DNA of 34,917 bases from Asterionella formosa (taxonomy: Eukaryota). A program made the position numbers and the translations under genes. The stretch covers positions 1-34,917 of the forward strand of contig NKIB01000144.1 in the NCBI GenBank assembly GCA_002256025.1, written 5' to 3'. The notes beneath the pieces are model-generated. The model was not told where the DNA came from. It worked only from the letters and a program-made list of their open reading frames with translations, and made no database searches. Below are positions 10,541 through 21,272 of the stretch, piece after piece (the stretch's first letter is position 1; each line of letters begins with the position of its first letter).

Positions 10541-12255
10541 TCGATTTTTCATACTTCTCCGGGGCCATTTTAGCTCATTTTAACTCCTACATAGGATTTT
10601 CTCCGGCTCAATTGCCCTATTGTGCGGCTTCCTCTAAGCTACAGACAAATCAAGTATATTTAATATAGAGAAACATAATAATTGGCAACTAGATTTAAAT
10701 TTAAAATATTTATGTACTGGTAAATACGGTGGCTGGTGTACTACTCGGAGTGCATCTATTTTTAATTTAGAACTTCAACTGATTGGTCTGGCTGGTCTTG
10801 CCTGTTTGGTTGAATGATCAAGTGGCAATTCAAGAAACAATGGGATGATCCATTAAATGACCAGCAGTGATGGATGATGTGTCTGAATTTGGTGTGCTTG
10901 CTTGCCTCATGGTGCTTACGTGGCACCGTCATTCTCTTCTCATTCTACGACTGTAACATCTGATCCAACTTTCGTAATACCCATAGCTCAGGGAGACTGG
11001 TGGCTGCTGAAGGCAATACACGCCTGAGGTGGTCTCATGCCTGCAAGTATACATGTGTTTGAGGCTGGGTGGCAAGAGTACTAGCTAGGTTAAGCGCCAT
11101 CTCAGCCAACTACACATGTACACGAGAAGGCATGTAGCCACCAAGAAGACAAGGGAATTGTTAATGAGGCAATTCAAAACCTAGCTATCGTCGCGGCATT
11201 TGCTTAGATAATGCCCACTCATTGAGTGTAAATGTCAATTTTAGCTTGCTATAGCCTATCATTTACAATATATTTCGCATATTTCCTATCTTCACCACAT
11301 CGAAATTTGCAAATGGCTGGTCCAACATTGCCCATCATTCTTACAAAAGTATATTTTGTATATATTTCATATGTTCGCATTTTGGCATTACAATTCACGC
11401 CAATTGCCCCTCAGTTTTCTAGCCCTGGTGGGATTGCCGAAATTGGCAAGGGGTCTACTTAGTAGTAGGAAAACCATTATATATACTCTACAGATTTGAT
11501 TAATTTATTTCTAGTATTCACCTTGTTTTTGTTCATCGCCTGAAAACTGGCTCCGGCAATTCACCTTTCACCAACATCACGATGCAGATCTCAATTGGGT
11601 TTAGCTTTTTTCTTCTCATTTGTTTTATTTCGCTCTTTGATTGTGTGATGGAATTTTGCCTGTGTAGCTAAGTACTACAATGCATATGTCTCCACTGAAA
11701 CTCCTATTTTTTACTTCATTTCTAACCCAAAACAATATTTTTTATTTCTCATTTGATGCTACTTATTACATTGCATAACATACTTTGGTTGCTCCAAAGA
11801 TCATGTTAAATTTTCATTGATATTGCATGTTACAATTATTCTTGTGTGTTTCATGCTTGTTTTACCATTTCTATGTATGAATGCATATTACCGTTATTCT
11901 GGCTGTCATCGTAAAATCTGCAATTTTCATGCCGAAAAATTCGATGTGCCCCATATTGCCCCTAAATAAAAATTACTTAAAGGCATAAAAATTACTTAGA
12001 AGTACCCAAATGGCAAGACGATAGCTGGAGCGGGAATTAGCGGGAGATGTGTACCTGGTACCGGTACTTCAACAACTATCATTATCACGGCAGAAGCTAC
12101 TTGTACATCCATATCGAATGCATAGCTAAATATCACGCCCGTGAGAAGTGCAAACAGGATGATATTCGATGGCTTCCATGTAAGGTGGAGGGATCTTATA
12201 GATCAGAACCAACTGCTAAGTCGCCATCGGCAGAAGTAGGTTTCCGATAACAGCT

Positions 12256-13328
12256 ATGATTTTGCTTCTGAGCCTTGAGATTCATAGTGGGACCGAGGGA
12301 TCTGTCACTGTTACCGTTGATATGTTGACTGTGGCGTTGTGGATGGCATCTGTGTTATTCTTCGTCTGTTTGGTGCTTTCCTACAGAAAGCTGCTCTATC
12401 TCCAACAAACTCGGCCTGAATTGAGCACGAAGAAGCTTTTGATTCTGAGTATTGCACTTGTTTGTATAGTGAGAATAATGACTATCCTCGGTGTTACCGC
12501 CATGAATATTGCGAATGTGCGAGCTCACTATTCGCTCCAACCTATTGACCACCGAGGAGACAAGAACCAGGCTTTTTACGACAAGGCAATGACAGTCCTG
12601 TTGGACCTTCCCAATTGTATGGTTGTATCGACCTATATGTTGCTGACGCTTGTCTGGGCAGAATGTTGCCTGGAAGCAAGGCTACACAACGAAGATACCA
12701 CTGCTTGGAAACGACGTTGGTTGACACTCTACATGGGATTCAACACTGTGCTTTACACAGCTCAGCTAATTCTTTACGTTAGCATTTTCATTGCGGGCGA
12801 TCGCCTGCTACGAACCATTCTATACCCTGCCATTACTGGGATCAATTTCTTCTCCGTCGTACTGGTACTGGTACTTTATTTGTATTTGAATGTGAGATTT
12901 TCGGTGAGTCGAGTCATGCGGCGGTTCCAAACTTCAAGGAAGTTTGCTCACGCTCCATTGTCCAGGGTTTTCCATTTCGATCGGAGTCGTCGAGGCGGTC
13001 AATTGCCACTGTGTCGAAAGTCATGGTTTTGTGGTCGATGACTAGGATACTCTGGGGACTGGCCACATTACTGGTATTTCTTTGGAACATTGAACTCCTT
13101 CAAGATTCGCACACTCCAGTTTGGTCGTTTGTTGTCCTGTTTCTACTCTTCTTTGTTTGCGAAATAATTCCCATTATTGCCCTCCTCGACAGTTCATACT
13201 TTGCAATGCTTGGTCTCGAGAACATGTCGAGGCCGGTACCGGAACTATCGAATGGAACAATAGACATTTTAAGTGTGCCTTTCTTGCAGCACCACGCCAA
13301 CAATATGCCAAGCGAAAGGAATAATTAA
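12256..13328 (+). CDS. THH1/TOM1/TOM3 (DUF1084)-like multi-pass membrane protein; exons 12256-12903 and 12966-13328, 336 aa (start codon uncertain)
   Basis: About seven hydrophobic helices; LLDLP...VSTYMLLTLVWAE, spliced RFSGFPFRS, FFVCEIIP motifs. Confidence 0.8.
12904..12965 (+). other. Spliceosomal intron (62 bp, phase 0)
   Basis: GTGAGT donor, GCTCAC branch-like site, TCCAG acceptor; joins the 12256 and 13011 ORFs in frame. Confidence 0.88.
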
Positions 13329-13336
13329 GTGTTGAT

Positions 13337-14848
13337 TTAACTTACGAGCCTATCCTTGACGTACTTTCTCATATATGCAGTAGCCTTTGGAGCGATTAGT
13401 TCCCTCCAGAAATCTGTTAATTTTGAATTGCCTTCCGCTTCATGCGTCAAACCCATTAGAGGACGGCGATGATTAATCCCTGAACTAAATCTCCACATGC
13501 ATTGTTTGAGGATTCCCATGAGCCACTCCCGTTGATTTCCAGGAATAAGGAAGCCAGCCTTGGTTAAATGCTCGATACAATCGTCATAGGATCTTGGATG
13601 ATTGATAATTTGGTCAAGAACAGGTGAACAATGAAAATCGACACCTTCGATGCACAAGTCGTCGAGTGTAAGGCGGGGCAGGCCTCGGCGAACTAATTGC
13701 AAAACATAGTTTTGGCTTTGTCGTTTCGCCCGCTCATGAATTTTTGTAGGAAAATCTTTCCAGAACAATATCTCTTGGCATCCAATCTGCTCTAAAGCCG
13801 CTCTTGGCACGATGCGTTCGTCTTGAAACCGACATTTCCAAATTCTTTCGTACAACTTAAGCATCTTGACATCACAAGCCATTCCGCCATACTGTGCTCT
13901 TAGGCTAATCGAGCGCACCATGGTTTCGCACAGATGTGGAACATTACCAGCCAAGGCCGCTTCCGGGGTAAATTTGTTTTCATCGTTCGATCCTTGATGG
14001 TAATCAGTCCAGGGACACGACGCTATTTCGTGGACAATTTCTAGAACTTTTGAAATCAGAATTGTTGGAACCTTGTAGTCCTTGGATTCAGCGGCCATTA
14101 ACCATACCAGCAAAGGTAGATCGGGATGAAGAGACGAATCTTCCAGAACAATTATCGGAAGCCTCCTCAACAGTTCTCCGATATCTTTATCAGCCAACTC
14201 CATGGCAGTGCGCGTCGCCGGCAAAGGACGTCGCCGGCGGACTGCTTTCTGCAGCATTGATTTCAGAACTGGCACGGATAAACGAGAATGCTTGCTTACT
14301 AGAGAATGTTTTTTACCAGGAACAACCGAAGTACTCAGAATCAACATGACTTTTTCGTGCTTTAATTGGATAGAAGATGTCCAAATGATCCCAGGGGGTG
14401 CAGTCTCGTCGTTAGCAGTGGTCCAAGTCAGCCTTAGATCATCGTGTAAATGAAACCGTTGCATGGGAGGATTGTCAATTGATACAGAGAATAGTTTCTT
14501 CGACTGAATCATCATATAAGAAAAGGCATCTGTGTCGGTAGTGGTCTGAGACGTTCTGACCTTGTCCTGTGTCGCTCCCGAGGACGACGTCAAAATCTCA
14601 CGTGTATCGGTTTGCGACAGGTTCAAAATAGTATCTTTCGACATCGAGTTTTCATGACCATTTTTCTTATTTTCTGATTGTATTTGAAAACATATGTCTA
14701 AGTGTTCATTAATCCTGTGCTCAGGAACCTGAGTGCCACATCCTCCAGGGCAAAGAACTGTGCGAAAGAGTAATTGACTTGTTGTTTGTTTCTTAGAAGA
14801 TTGCATTAATAGCTCGAGCGCATTTCCTTTCTTGCGTTTCGATGACAT
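13337..14848 (-). CDS. Uncharacterised 503-aa protein: N-terminal UBZ4/Rad18-type zinc finger plus a RarA/MgsA/WRNIP1 C-terminal-like helical region
   Basis: CPGGCGTQVPEHRINEHLDIC; LKSMLQKAVRR...LLRRLPIIVLED; N-terminal KRKK NLS-like patch; long intact ORF. Confidence 0.8.
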   Translation of the reverse strand: MSSKRKKGNALELLMQSSKKQTTSQLLFRTVLCPGGCGTQVPEHRINEHLDICFQIQSENKKNGHENSMSKDTILNLSQTDTREILTSSSGATQDKVRTSQTTTDTDAFSYMMIQSKKLFSVSIDNPPMQRFHLHDDLRLTWTTANDETAPPGIIWTSSIQLKHEKVMLILSTSVVPGKKHSLVSKHSRLSVPVLKSMLQKAVRRRRPLPATRTAMELADKDIGELLRRLPIIVLEDSSLHPDLPLLVWLMAAESKDYKVPTILISKVLEIVHEIASCPWTDYHQGSNDENKFTPEAALAGNVPHLCETMVRSISLRAQYGGMACDVKMLKLYERIWKCRFQDERIVPRAALEQIGCQEILFWKDFPTKIHERAKRQSQNYVLQLVRRGLPRLTLDDLCIEGVDFHCSPVLDQIINHPRSYDDCIEHLTKAGFLIPGNQREWLMGILKQCMWRFSSGINHRRPLMGLTHEAEGNSKLTDFWRELIAPKATAYMRKYVKDRLVS

Positions 14849-15041
14849 GTTGATGAGAAGGAGAAACAGTTGAGCTTTCTTGGGTTCTCGTTTTGTAGGC
14901 CGTCTTGTCGGCGCATTCTGACATGGTTATCGTAAAATGATTTTAGGAAAAAATCACACGAGAAAGACTACCGGTAACACCGCCGGTACAGTCATGACAT
15001 TATTCTCCTGCGCGGTGATATCTCGCGTGCACCACAATTCT

Positions 15042-15545
15042 TGGTATCTGGTACCTGCAAGTTGCGGGAATTTTGCTGAAACTAAAGATTTAGCTATCTT
15101 TATCCGAGATTAAAATGTTAGTTTAAGTAAATGACCGCAACTTGCTGTTGCCAGGTACCCTGGTACCTGGTACCCCTGGTACGAGGAACCAGAGCAAGTG
15201 CCTGTAATTAAGAAATGGACGCAACTTCTATGTACCAGTACTGTGCTATGTACTACCAGGTTGTCCTTGTGGTACTGTACCAGGTACCTGGTACTACCAG
15301 TACGACATCTCCCCTATTCTCGCGGGCTGGTACCAGGTACCAGGTAAAAATAGAATTTTGGGTACCTGGTACCGGTACCAGGTAACAGGTGAGGACGATG
15401 GTGGGCGGCAAAGCAAAGTTGATCGGTCGCTGCCTGACGTCGTCGTGATCGACAGTATAAATAGCTACCTGGTAGTACCAGGGTACTGGTACCTGGTCCT
15501 GGCACCGAATCACAGCAACTGGTATTGGTTCTGGTACCTGGTAAC
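15042..15545. repeat. Large GGTACC/CCAGGTAC-rich cluster in a divergent intergenic region
   Basis: About 20 GTAC words counted by eye in ~500 bp, mostly as CTGGTACCAG-like palindromes. Confidence 0.8.
15057..15145. repeat. 89-bp imperfect inverted repeat (mini-MITE or hairpin)
   Basis: Perfect 11-bp ends GCAAGTTGCGG / CCGCAACTTGC, plus inner arms TTTGCTGAAACTAAAGATTTA / TAAAATGTTAGTTTAAGTAAA. Confidence 0.7.
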
Positions 15546-15829
15546 GTATTGTCCACGGGATTGTATTGCTAATGTTTTCTTATTCTTTTATGATATACTG
15601 TATATATAAAAAAGAAAGAATACATGCCCCCCAAAAAAGATACTTACTACCAGTAGCTACCCGGTAAAAATGTTGGAAAAAGCAGACTACGATCGTCAAG
15701 GTACCAGTCTTTTGATTCAAAATTCTACTTTCTTTTCGCTCTACATGTGCTGTCGAAGATCGAGCCTTTGGGTGTGTTCATTGTTCAATTAAGTAGGTGG
15801 AATTTTGATGTCAATGGTTCGAATTGGCC

Positions 15830-17248
15830 ATGTCGGAACTGGCAATTGAACTGACGGGCTCCACGACGCCTCCTGACTGCAACCACGGGGAGTGGTCATT
15901 GCAGGAAGAAGAAATATTCCTACGTGCTTTGAAGGACTTTGGAGTGGGAAATTCGAAGGGAATTGCTACTGTGCTAACTACCAGGTATCGTAACTGATTC
16001 AAACAGTCTATTGCTTGCATTTTATGTTAGAACTATGTAATATGACTGCTAGAAAGGGTTGTTGGTTCAAACAAAGCACTCACAAAGTTCTATCGTTGTC
16101 ACAGATCCTTACTTCAAATCGAAACCCATTGTCAGAATTATTTGCTCCGAAATGAAGCAATACCCTCGGGAGACGGTCAAGAAATAGATACCATGGAAAG
16201 TTTGGACTCTGACGGTGCAAAGACAATAAGAAATGACAACGAGGATAGAAACCATTCTGTTTTAGCAGAATCGAATGCCGACCATAGTGGTACTAAAAAA
16301 GGATGCGTCACTGAAAGCGATCACATTTCGCAATCTACGGAATTCAATAGAGCTGACATAGTAAGCGTATCGCAGCAACCGACTTTCGCTATCGACGGAG
16401 CCAGCACAGTTATTCGACTCGGTGCAACCAGTATGGCATTCCCAATCGGGTCTATGGTCGTCAATCCTCGTGATGAGGATATTGTGGCCACCCGCAGTAA
16501 ACGTTGGGCAGACCACATTGGAACCGTATTTTATCGTAACCTTATCGTCCATTCGATACAAAAGCTAGTGGAAGGCTCTGAAGTTTCACAATCGCAATTG
16601 GCTGACCGAATTTTGAGAATTCTCACGAAGGACCGACGAGGATTATTTCTCTTGGAGAAGGATGATGGAACCTTGGTCGTTATGAATGCTTCAGCAGCGC
16701 GAAACAAAGTTACACTGGCCTTGACACGAGGCAGAAAAGCGGAACACCGCAGAAAGGAGCAAGAACTTGGCCTTGTTCATAAGAAAATAAAACCAGCTAA
16801 AGAAGGCAAGGTGCTGAACATGACATCGAGTGCCGTAACCAAAAATGTCAATGCTCCCATAGAGAAATTGATCTCGGCAGACCGAGTAAAAGTAGGATCA
16901 TTGGAATACCATTCAAAAGGAGGAGCATCGGTATACTTAGCGAAGGAAGGATCAATTGCCGTTCCCGAATACACATTATCTCTCATTTCTTTCATGTGCA
17001 ATCAGACTGACCCACAAGCCGCACTGACTGCGCTGGACAATCCACTCTTGAAAAATGAAGATGATGGTCAACGTGAGATAAGACTGCAGCTACGTCATCG
17101 ATACATCGCATCGTTATCTGTCGGAATTTCAACACAAACCTTTTCTCAGAGATTAATGCAAATCTGGGGCGGTTCCGTGATACAAGTGAACCAAATTGAT
17201 AAGTTGCCACAAGAACTCGTTCCAGGAAGAACAGGGCATAAGTTTTAA
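15830..17248 (+). CDS. Myb/SANT (SHAQKYF-like) + DUF6824-like protein; exons 15830-15984 and 16105-17248, 432 aa
   Basis: Spliced N-terminus GEWSLQEEEIFLRALKDFGVGNSKGIATVLTTR|SLLQIETHCQNYL. Central PRDEDIV..R....HIGTVFYRNLI...IL.IL....GLFL.......ARNKVTLAL resembles DUF6824. Confidence 0.82.
15985..16104 (+). other. Spliceosomal intron (120 bp, phase 2)
   Basis: AG|GTATCG donor, CTCAC branch-like site, TCACAG acceptor; splicing restores a complete Myb repeat. Confidence 0.82.
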
Positions 17249-17774
17249 TAAGATAATTTGCTTCTGGGACTACCGGTAAGCCCTTTAGTTTGAACCGAAC
17301 AATGCGAAATTGGAGAATCAATATTTCTTTAGACCCAGTGTTGTTGCCAACTGATACCCTGACATTCGAGGGAACGGCCTGTTCCGTCAACAGCTAAGAA
17401 ACATGAATTCTTGTCCATTGCAATGAAGTCAACGTAATAAGAAGCGGCTTGCTACAGAAGTTTATGGGGACCAATAGCAATAACCCAATCGTATCTTCCA
17501 AACGAGAATACACCCCAATCTGAAATGAGGTTTACATTATGCTGTTGTCGTGGTCAGACTGTATGCTTCACATTTTTGCAACACAATGTAACATAAGAAT
17601 ACGATTTGTTGAAATCGCCATCTTATCGATCGACAAGGAGAGATGTGATCATGAAGCTAAGCGAGAATCGCAAAACGATGGCTAACTAGGTACGATAGGT
17701 AACCTTCAACATCTAACTTCTTGCTGTGGAATTATCAGCTCCTTATTGTTGGTAAAGGTAAAAAATGCATCAAA

Positions 17775-18824
17775 CTACGCGTCAATATCGTCCGACCATT
17801 TTTGCTGGGCCTTGGAAAGACATTTCCTTGATTCTTTCAGCAAATTTTCACCGTAACGAAGGTCTAAATCAGCAAACGCTTTCTCGATCATATTTTCCTG
17901 CGAAGTATCGTCCTCGAACTCTTTAGCTTCTCTGTCGTCATCGTTCAAACCGTTCCCAGCATCGAGGATGGCAACCAATTCTGCTAGTTTTACCTGTGCT
18001 TCATTAAGAAGTTTCAGAATTTTTGTCTTCTGTCGCAACTTTGGAGGCTTCTCATCTGAGTTACCTTCTAGAGAAAACGTTTTTTCATCGTAATCATCAT
18101 CATCATCATAATCATCCTCTAAAAATTCTACATGAGGTTCATTAGTCTGATGGCTTTCCGTTTGACCATTCAAGGTTTCAAACGTTGCTTCGTCCCTTGC
18201 TTGAGAAATGATTTCGCTCATTTGATCTTCATATGACAAAGGAATGGCCAAGAGATCAAGCTTAGGCTTTTCATCGCACGCTATTGCCGACGATAGTCCC
18301 AAGGACCGCAACCCGCGATTTATGTCTCGCATTCGCTCGCTATCTGTTTTGAATCCAGAAGGTAACGACGCATTAAGTTCCATCAACCTTTCTTCTAGAG
18401 AGGCAGCCTGTTGCGTTGCCGATAATTCTGGCACGTCGCTCGCTAAGGCAACTTCTTTGGAAAAAAGTGCCATGAATAATCGCAATCGACATTCAGCATC
18501 GTCCACTGACAAAGTCGACTTGAAAGGATCCTCTTTGGCTTCCGCCCGCTCTTTATCTTCTTTAACTTCCTTCGTCAGCGCTTGAATCAAGACTTGGCGA
18601 GCCCGATACAGGTATTCGCGCGATTGTACATGATAGAGTTGCGCAATGCGCATGGCTTCTTCGTCCACTGGCAAAGTGTCGGCGGCGAGTTTGCAAAGGA
18701 GTTCTGTTGCCTGGGAAAATTCGGCGGAAGCATCCCAGTATTCTTCGCTATTCTCGTGGGAATTACCTCTCTCAATGCATTGGAAAACTTGGTCAAGTTC
18801 CTCGTTCGCTGAGTCTGCAACCAT
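17775..18824 (-). CDS. Acidic helical protein with an N-terminal MIT-like three-helix domain, 349 aa
   Basis: IERGNSHE..EEYWDASAEFSQATELL...LYHVQSREYLYRARQVL follows the MIT helix pattern; intact ORF with ATG. Confidence 0.7.
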   Translation of the reverse strand: MVADSANEELDQVFQCIERGNSHENSEEYWDASAEFSQATELLCKLAADTLPVDEEAMRIAQLYHVQSREYLYRARQVLIQALTKEVKEDKERAEAKEDPFKSTLSVDDAECRLRLFMALFSKEVALASDVPELSATQQAASLEERLMELNASLPSGFKTDSERMRDINRGLRSLGLSSAIACDEKPKLDLLAIPLSYEDQMSEIISQARDEATFETLNGQTESHQTNEPHVEFLEDDYDDDDDYDEKTFSLEGNSDEKPPKLRQKTKILKLLNEAQVKLAELVAILDAGNGLNDDDREAKEFEDDTSQENMIEKAFADLDLRYGENLLKESRKCLSKAQQKWSDDIDA

Positions 18825-19187
18825 TGCGTGATTCGTGCCAATGATTGTCCCAAAATATGATCAATCCCACTCGAGTGATGCGAAAGGCTTCGTCCTCTTC
18901 TTGCTTCGTATTTCTAGTTCGTTACTTCAACCAATGGTAAGCCACTGTGTTTGTCACTTTCTTTGATGTCTGGTGATCAATTGATGGGTTCCAGTCGCTT
19001 GTTGTTCATCGGCCAGGTCGATTTACCTATGATGTCAATGACTTAACAGAGGCACTCTGCGTCCATTACACACCTGGTATATCACGAGCAGCATTCATCA
19101 CTGTTGTATCCAAGTCGTCCTCGGATATGGGCTACTTGTTTTGTATAAAAAAGGATTATGAGTAATACATGTATTTAAATTAGAGAA

Positions 19188-19244
19188 AAAGTAACATAAT
19201 ATTTCAAAACAGTAACATAATATTTCAGAAAAGTAGCATAAATA
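19188..19244. repeat. 21-bp tandem repeat, ~2.7 copies
   Basis: AGTAACATAATATTTCA twice, then AGTAGCATAAATA. Confidence 0.7.
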
Positions 19245-19334
19245 CGTCACTTTAGACATAAATTCGAAAAAGCCCCGTAAACGGCGTCTTAGATGTGGGC
19301 AAAGGATTCTCTGTTGGTTTCTTTTGTTTTGATT

Positions 19335-19928
19335 GGTCTGTCACCATGAGTTTCTTGTCAATTATTGTGGTTCTTTCATCTGCTTGCTGTTCAGTATGTG
19401 CTGTGTAGGTACAGTGGGACGAAAACGGTATGTCTGGATTTGGACATCATCAATAGCCTTACTCAATTTAATGATGCTGTTGGGTGGATTTCGTGGTCTA
19501 TCTCTGTGAGTTTCTTGTTAGTTCTTGTGGTCCTTTCATCTGTTTGTTGTTCAGTATCTACTGTTTAGGTACGGCGGGATGGAAACGGTCTGTCTGGATC
19601 TGATTTGGATGCTTGGACGTCGTCAATAGGTTTGCTCAATTTAATGATGGTGTTGGGTGGATTTCGGTCATTTAGGTCTATCTCCATGAGTTTCTTGTCA
19701 ATTCTTGTGGTTCTTTCATCCGCTTGTAGTGTGTTGTATACTGTGTAGGAACGGTGCGACGGAAACGGTCTGTTTGCATCTGAATTGGATGCGTGGACAT
19801 CGTCAAAAGCCTTACTCAGTTTAATGATGCTGTTGGGCGGATTTCGGTCATTTTGGTCTGTCTCCATGAGTTTCTCGTCAATTTCTGCGGTTCTTTCATC
19901 TGCTTGTAGCGTGTTGTATACGTTGTAG
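19335..19928 (-). repeat. Tandem 180-bp (60-codon) repeat, ~3.4 copies, with a partly open frame (ORF 19990-19565) decaying distally
   Basis: Unit starts at 19335, 19495, 19675 and 19855. Peptide ADERT..IDKKLME.D.NDRNPPN.IIKLSK..DDV.AS.SD..RPFPS repeats; the distal copies carry a stop and deletions. Confidence 0.88.
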
Positions 19929-21272
19929 AGGAAGTTGCGCTGAAATGGACTCAGTTGATGGTGCAGCTGTAAATATACATCATCCTCCATGGTGAAAGAG
20001 GGTGCTTACCAGTGCTAGTAGGACCTTTGTGATAGTACTAGCTTAGTTTCTTCCAATTACTTTTGGTGCTTTGACAAAATTGTGTGAGTGCATTGAGGCT
20101 TCATTAGGAAAAAATGCAATTTTTGCAAAAAAGTGTCTGAAAATGCACAAACTGTCAGTCAGGGGAATTCATGATATTGCACACAATGCGAGCGAATTTT
20201 CTAATTGTACAAAGAGCATGCAGTTTATGGTTACATGTCTATAAATGTATGTCTATATTTAACTTCGAAATGACCTGCTCAAGATTCCATAGATAGATGA
20301 ACCAAGACAATTGGTATCATGTACATGATAGTCAGTACAAAATTATGCCTTTAGGTATTTTCTTGCATTTTGAGATGTTGGGCCCTCTCTAGGATATCTA
20401 TTGCTCATGTTTTCTCATCTATTTGTACAGTAGATAGAAATAATTATGTAATAGGCGTTATCAAGCTTGTCACTGCAGACTCAACAATATCGCGCTTTTG
20501 TTTGTATCCTCAAAATTGAGAAAACGATGACAAAAACAAATGCTAGTGGCAATTTCAAATTTTTGATGTCAATATTGGTGTAAAATTTTTTATTATCAAA
20601 CGATTATCTCGTCTACATTTGGCTAGATATATGTATGAAATAGCAATAGTGCATTGTCAATCTTCATATATTCAGTCCAATAATTTCGTCATGGTCAAGG
20701 CGGAGTTGCTGTCTCATCGTCCCCCTACTACAGCAGTACAAATCAAAATTGATTATGTAGCTATGTATGTTCCTGATATGACCTTGACTTTCTCGCCAAT
20801 GGAAAACGCGGTCATATTCTTGTCCACTGCCTCCTCGGTGCAATGCTTTCAGTACAAACAAACAGGCCCAACTAAGCTAACAACTGGGATACATCAACAA
20901 TAAAGAAAAAGACGATGGATCTAAATTGCTGCATTTATTGTTAGCTGCTTCTGTATTTACTCGTAGCGAAGTACCTCTATGTACAAACGGCAGTCAATTG
21001 GCTGAGGGGCCATAGTAATCAAATTCCCTTAAATAAACGGCAGTCGATTTTGGCAATAAAAACTAGGGGCAATAGAAAATATTGAAGGTAGTTTGGCAGC
21101 CGAAAACGGATCATTTGAAATATTCAAAATATGTTTTATAAGAAGGGCAATTCCCGGTGCCACTCGTTCGGTCAACCTACTCTCGCCTCCCAAGCCTCGA
21201 ACACAAGAATACTCGCAGGCAGTCTCCACCCTCAATCATGTCTTACCTTCAGTAGGAGAATTCACATCCAGA

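Noticed and set aside
15253..15609. Short ORFs rich in VPGTWY/YQVP
   Set aside because: Translation artefacts of the GGTACC-rich cluster (same for 10365-10668).
21093..21272. N-terminal extension of the lumen protein from a TTG start (likewise TTG starts at 24356 and 16142)
   Set aside because: The ORF track allows bacterial starts; in this nuclear context the downstream ATG or a spliced exon gives the sensible N-terminus.
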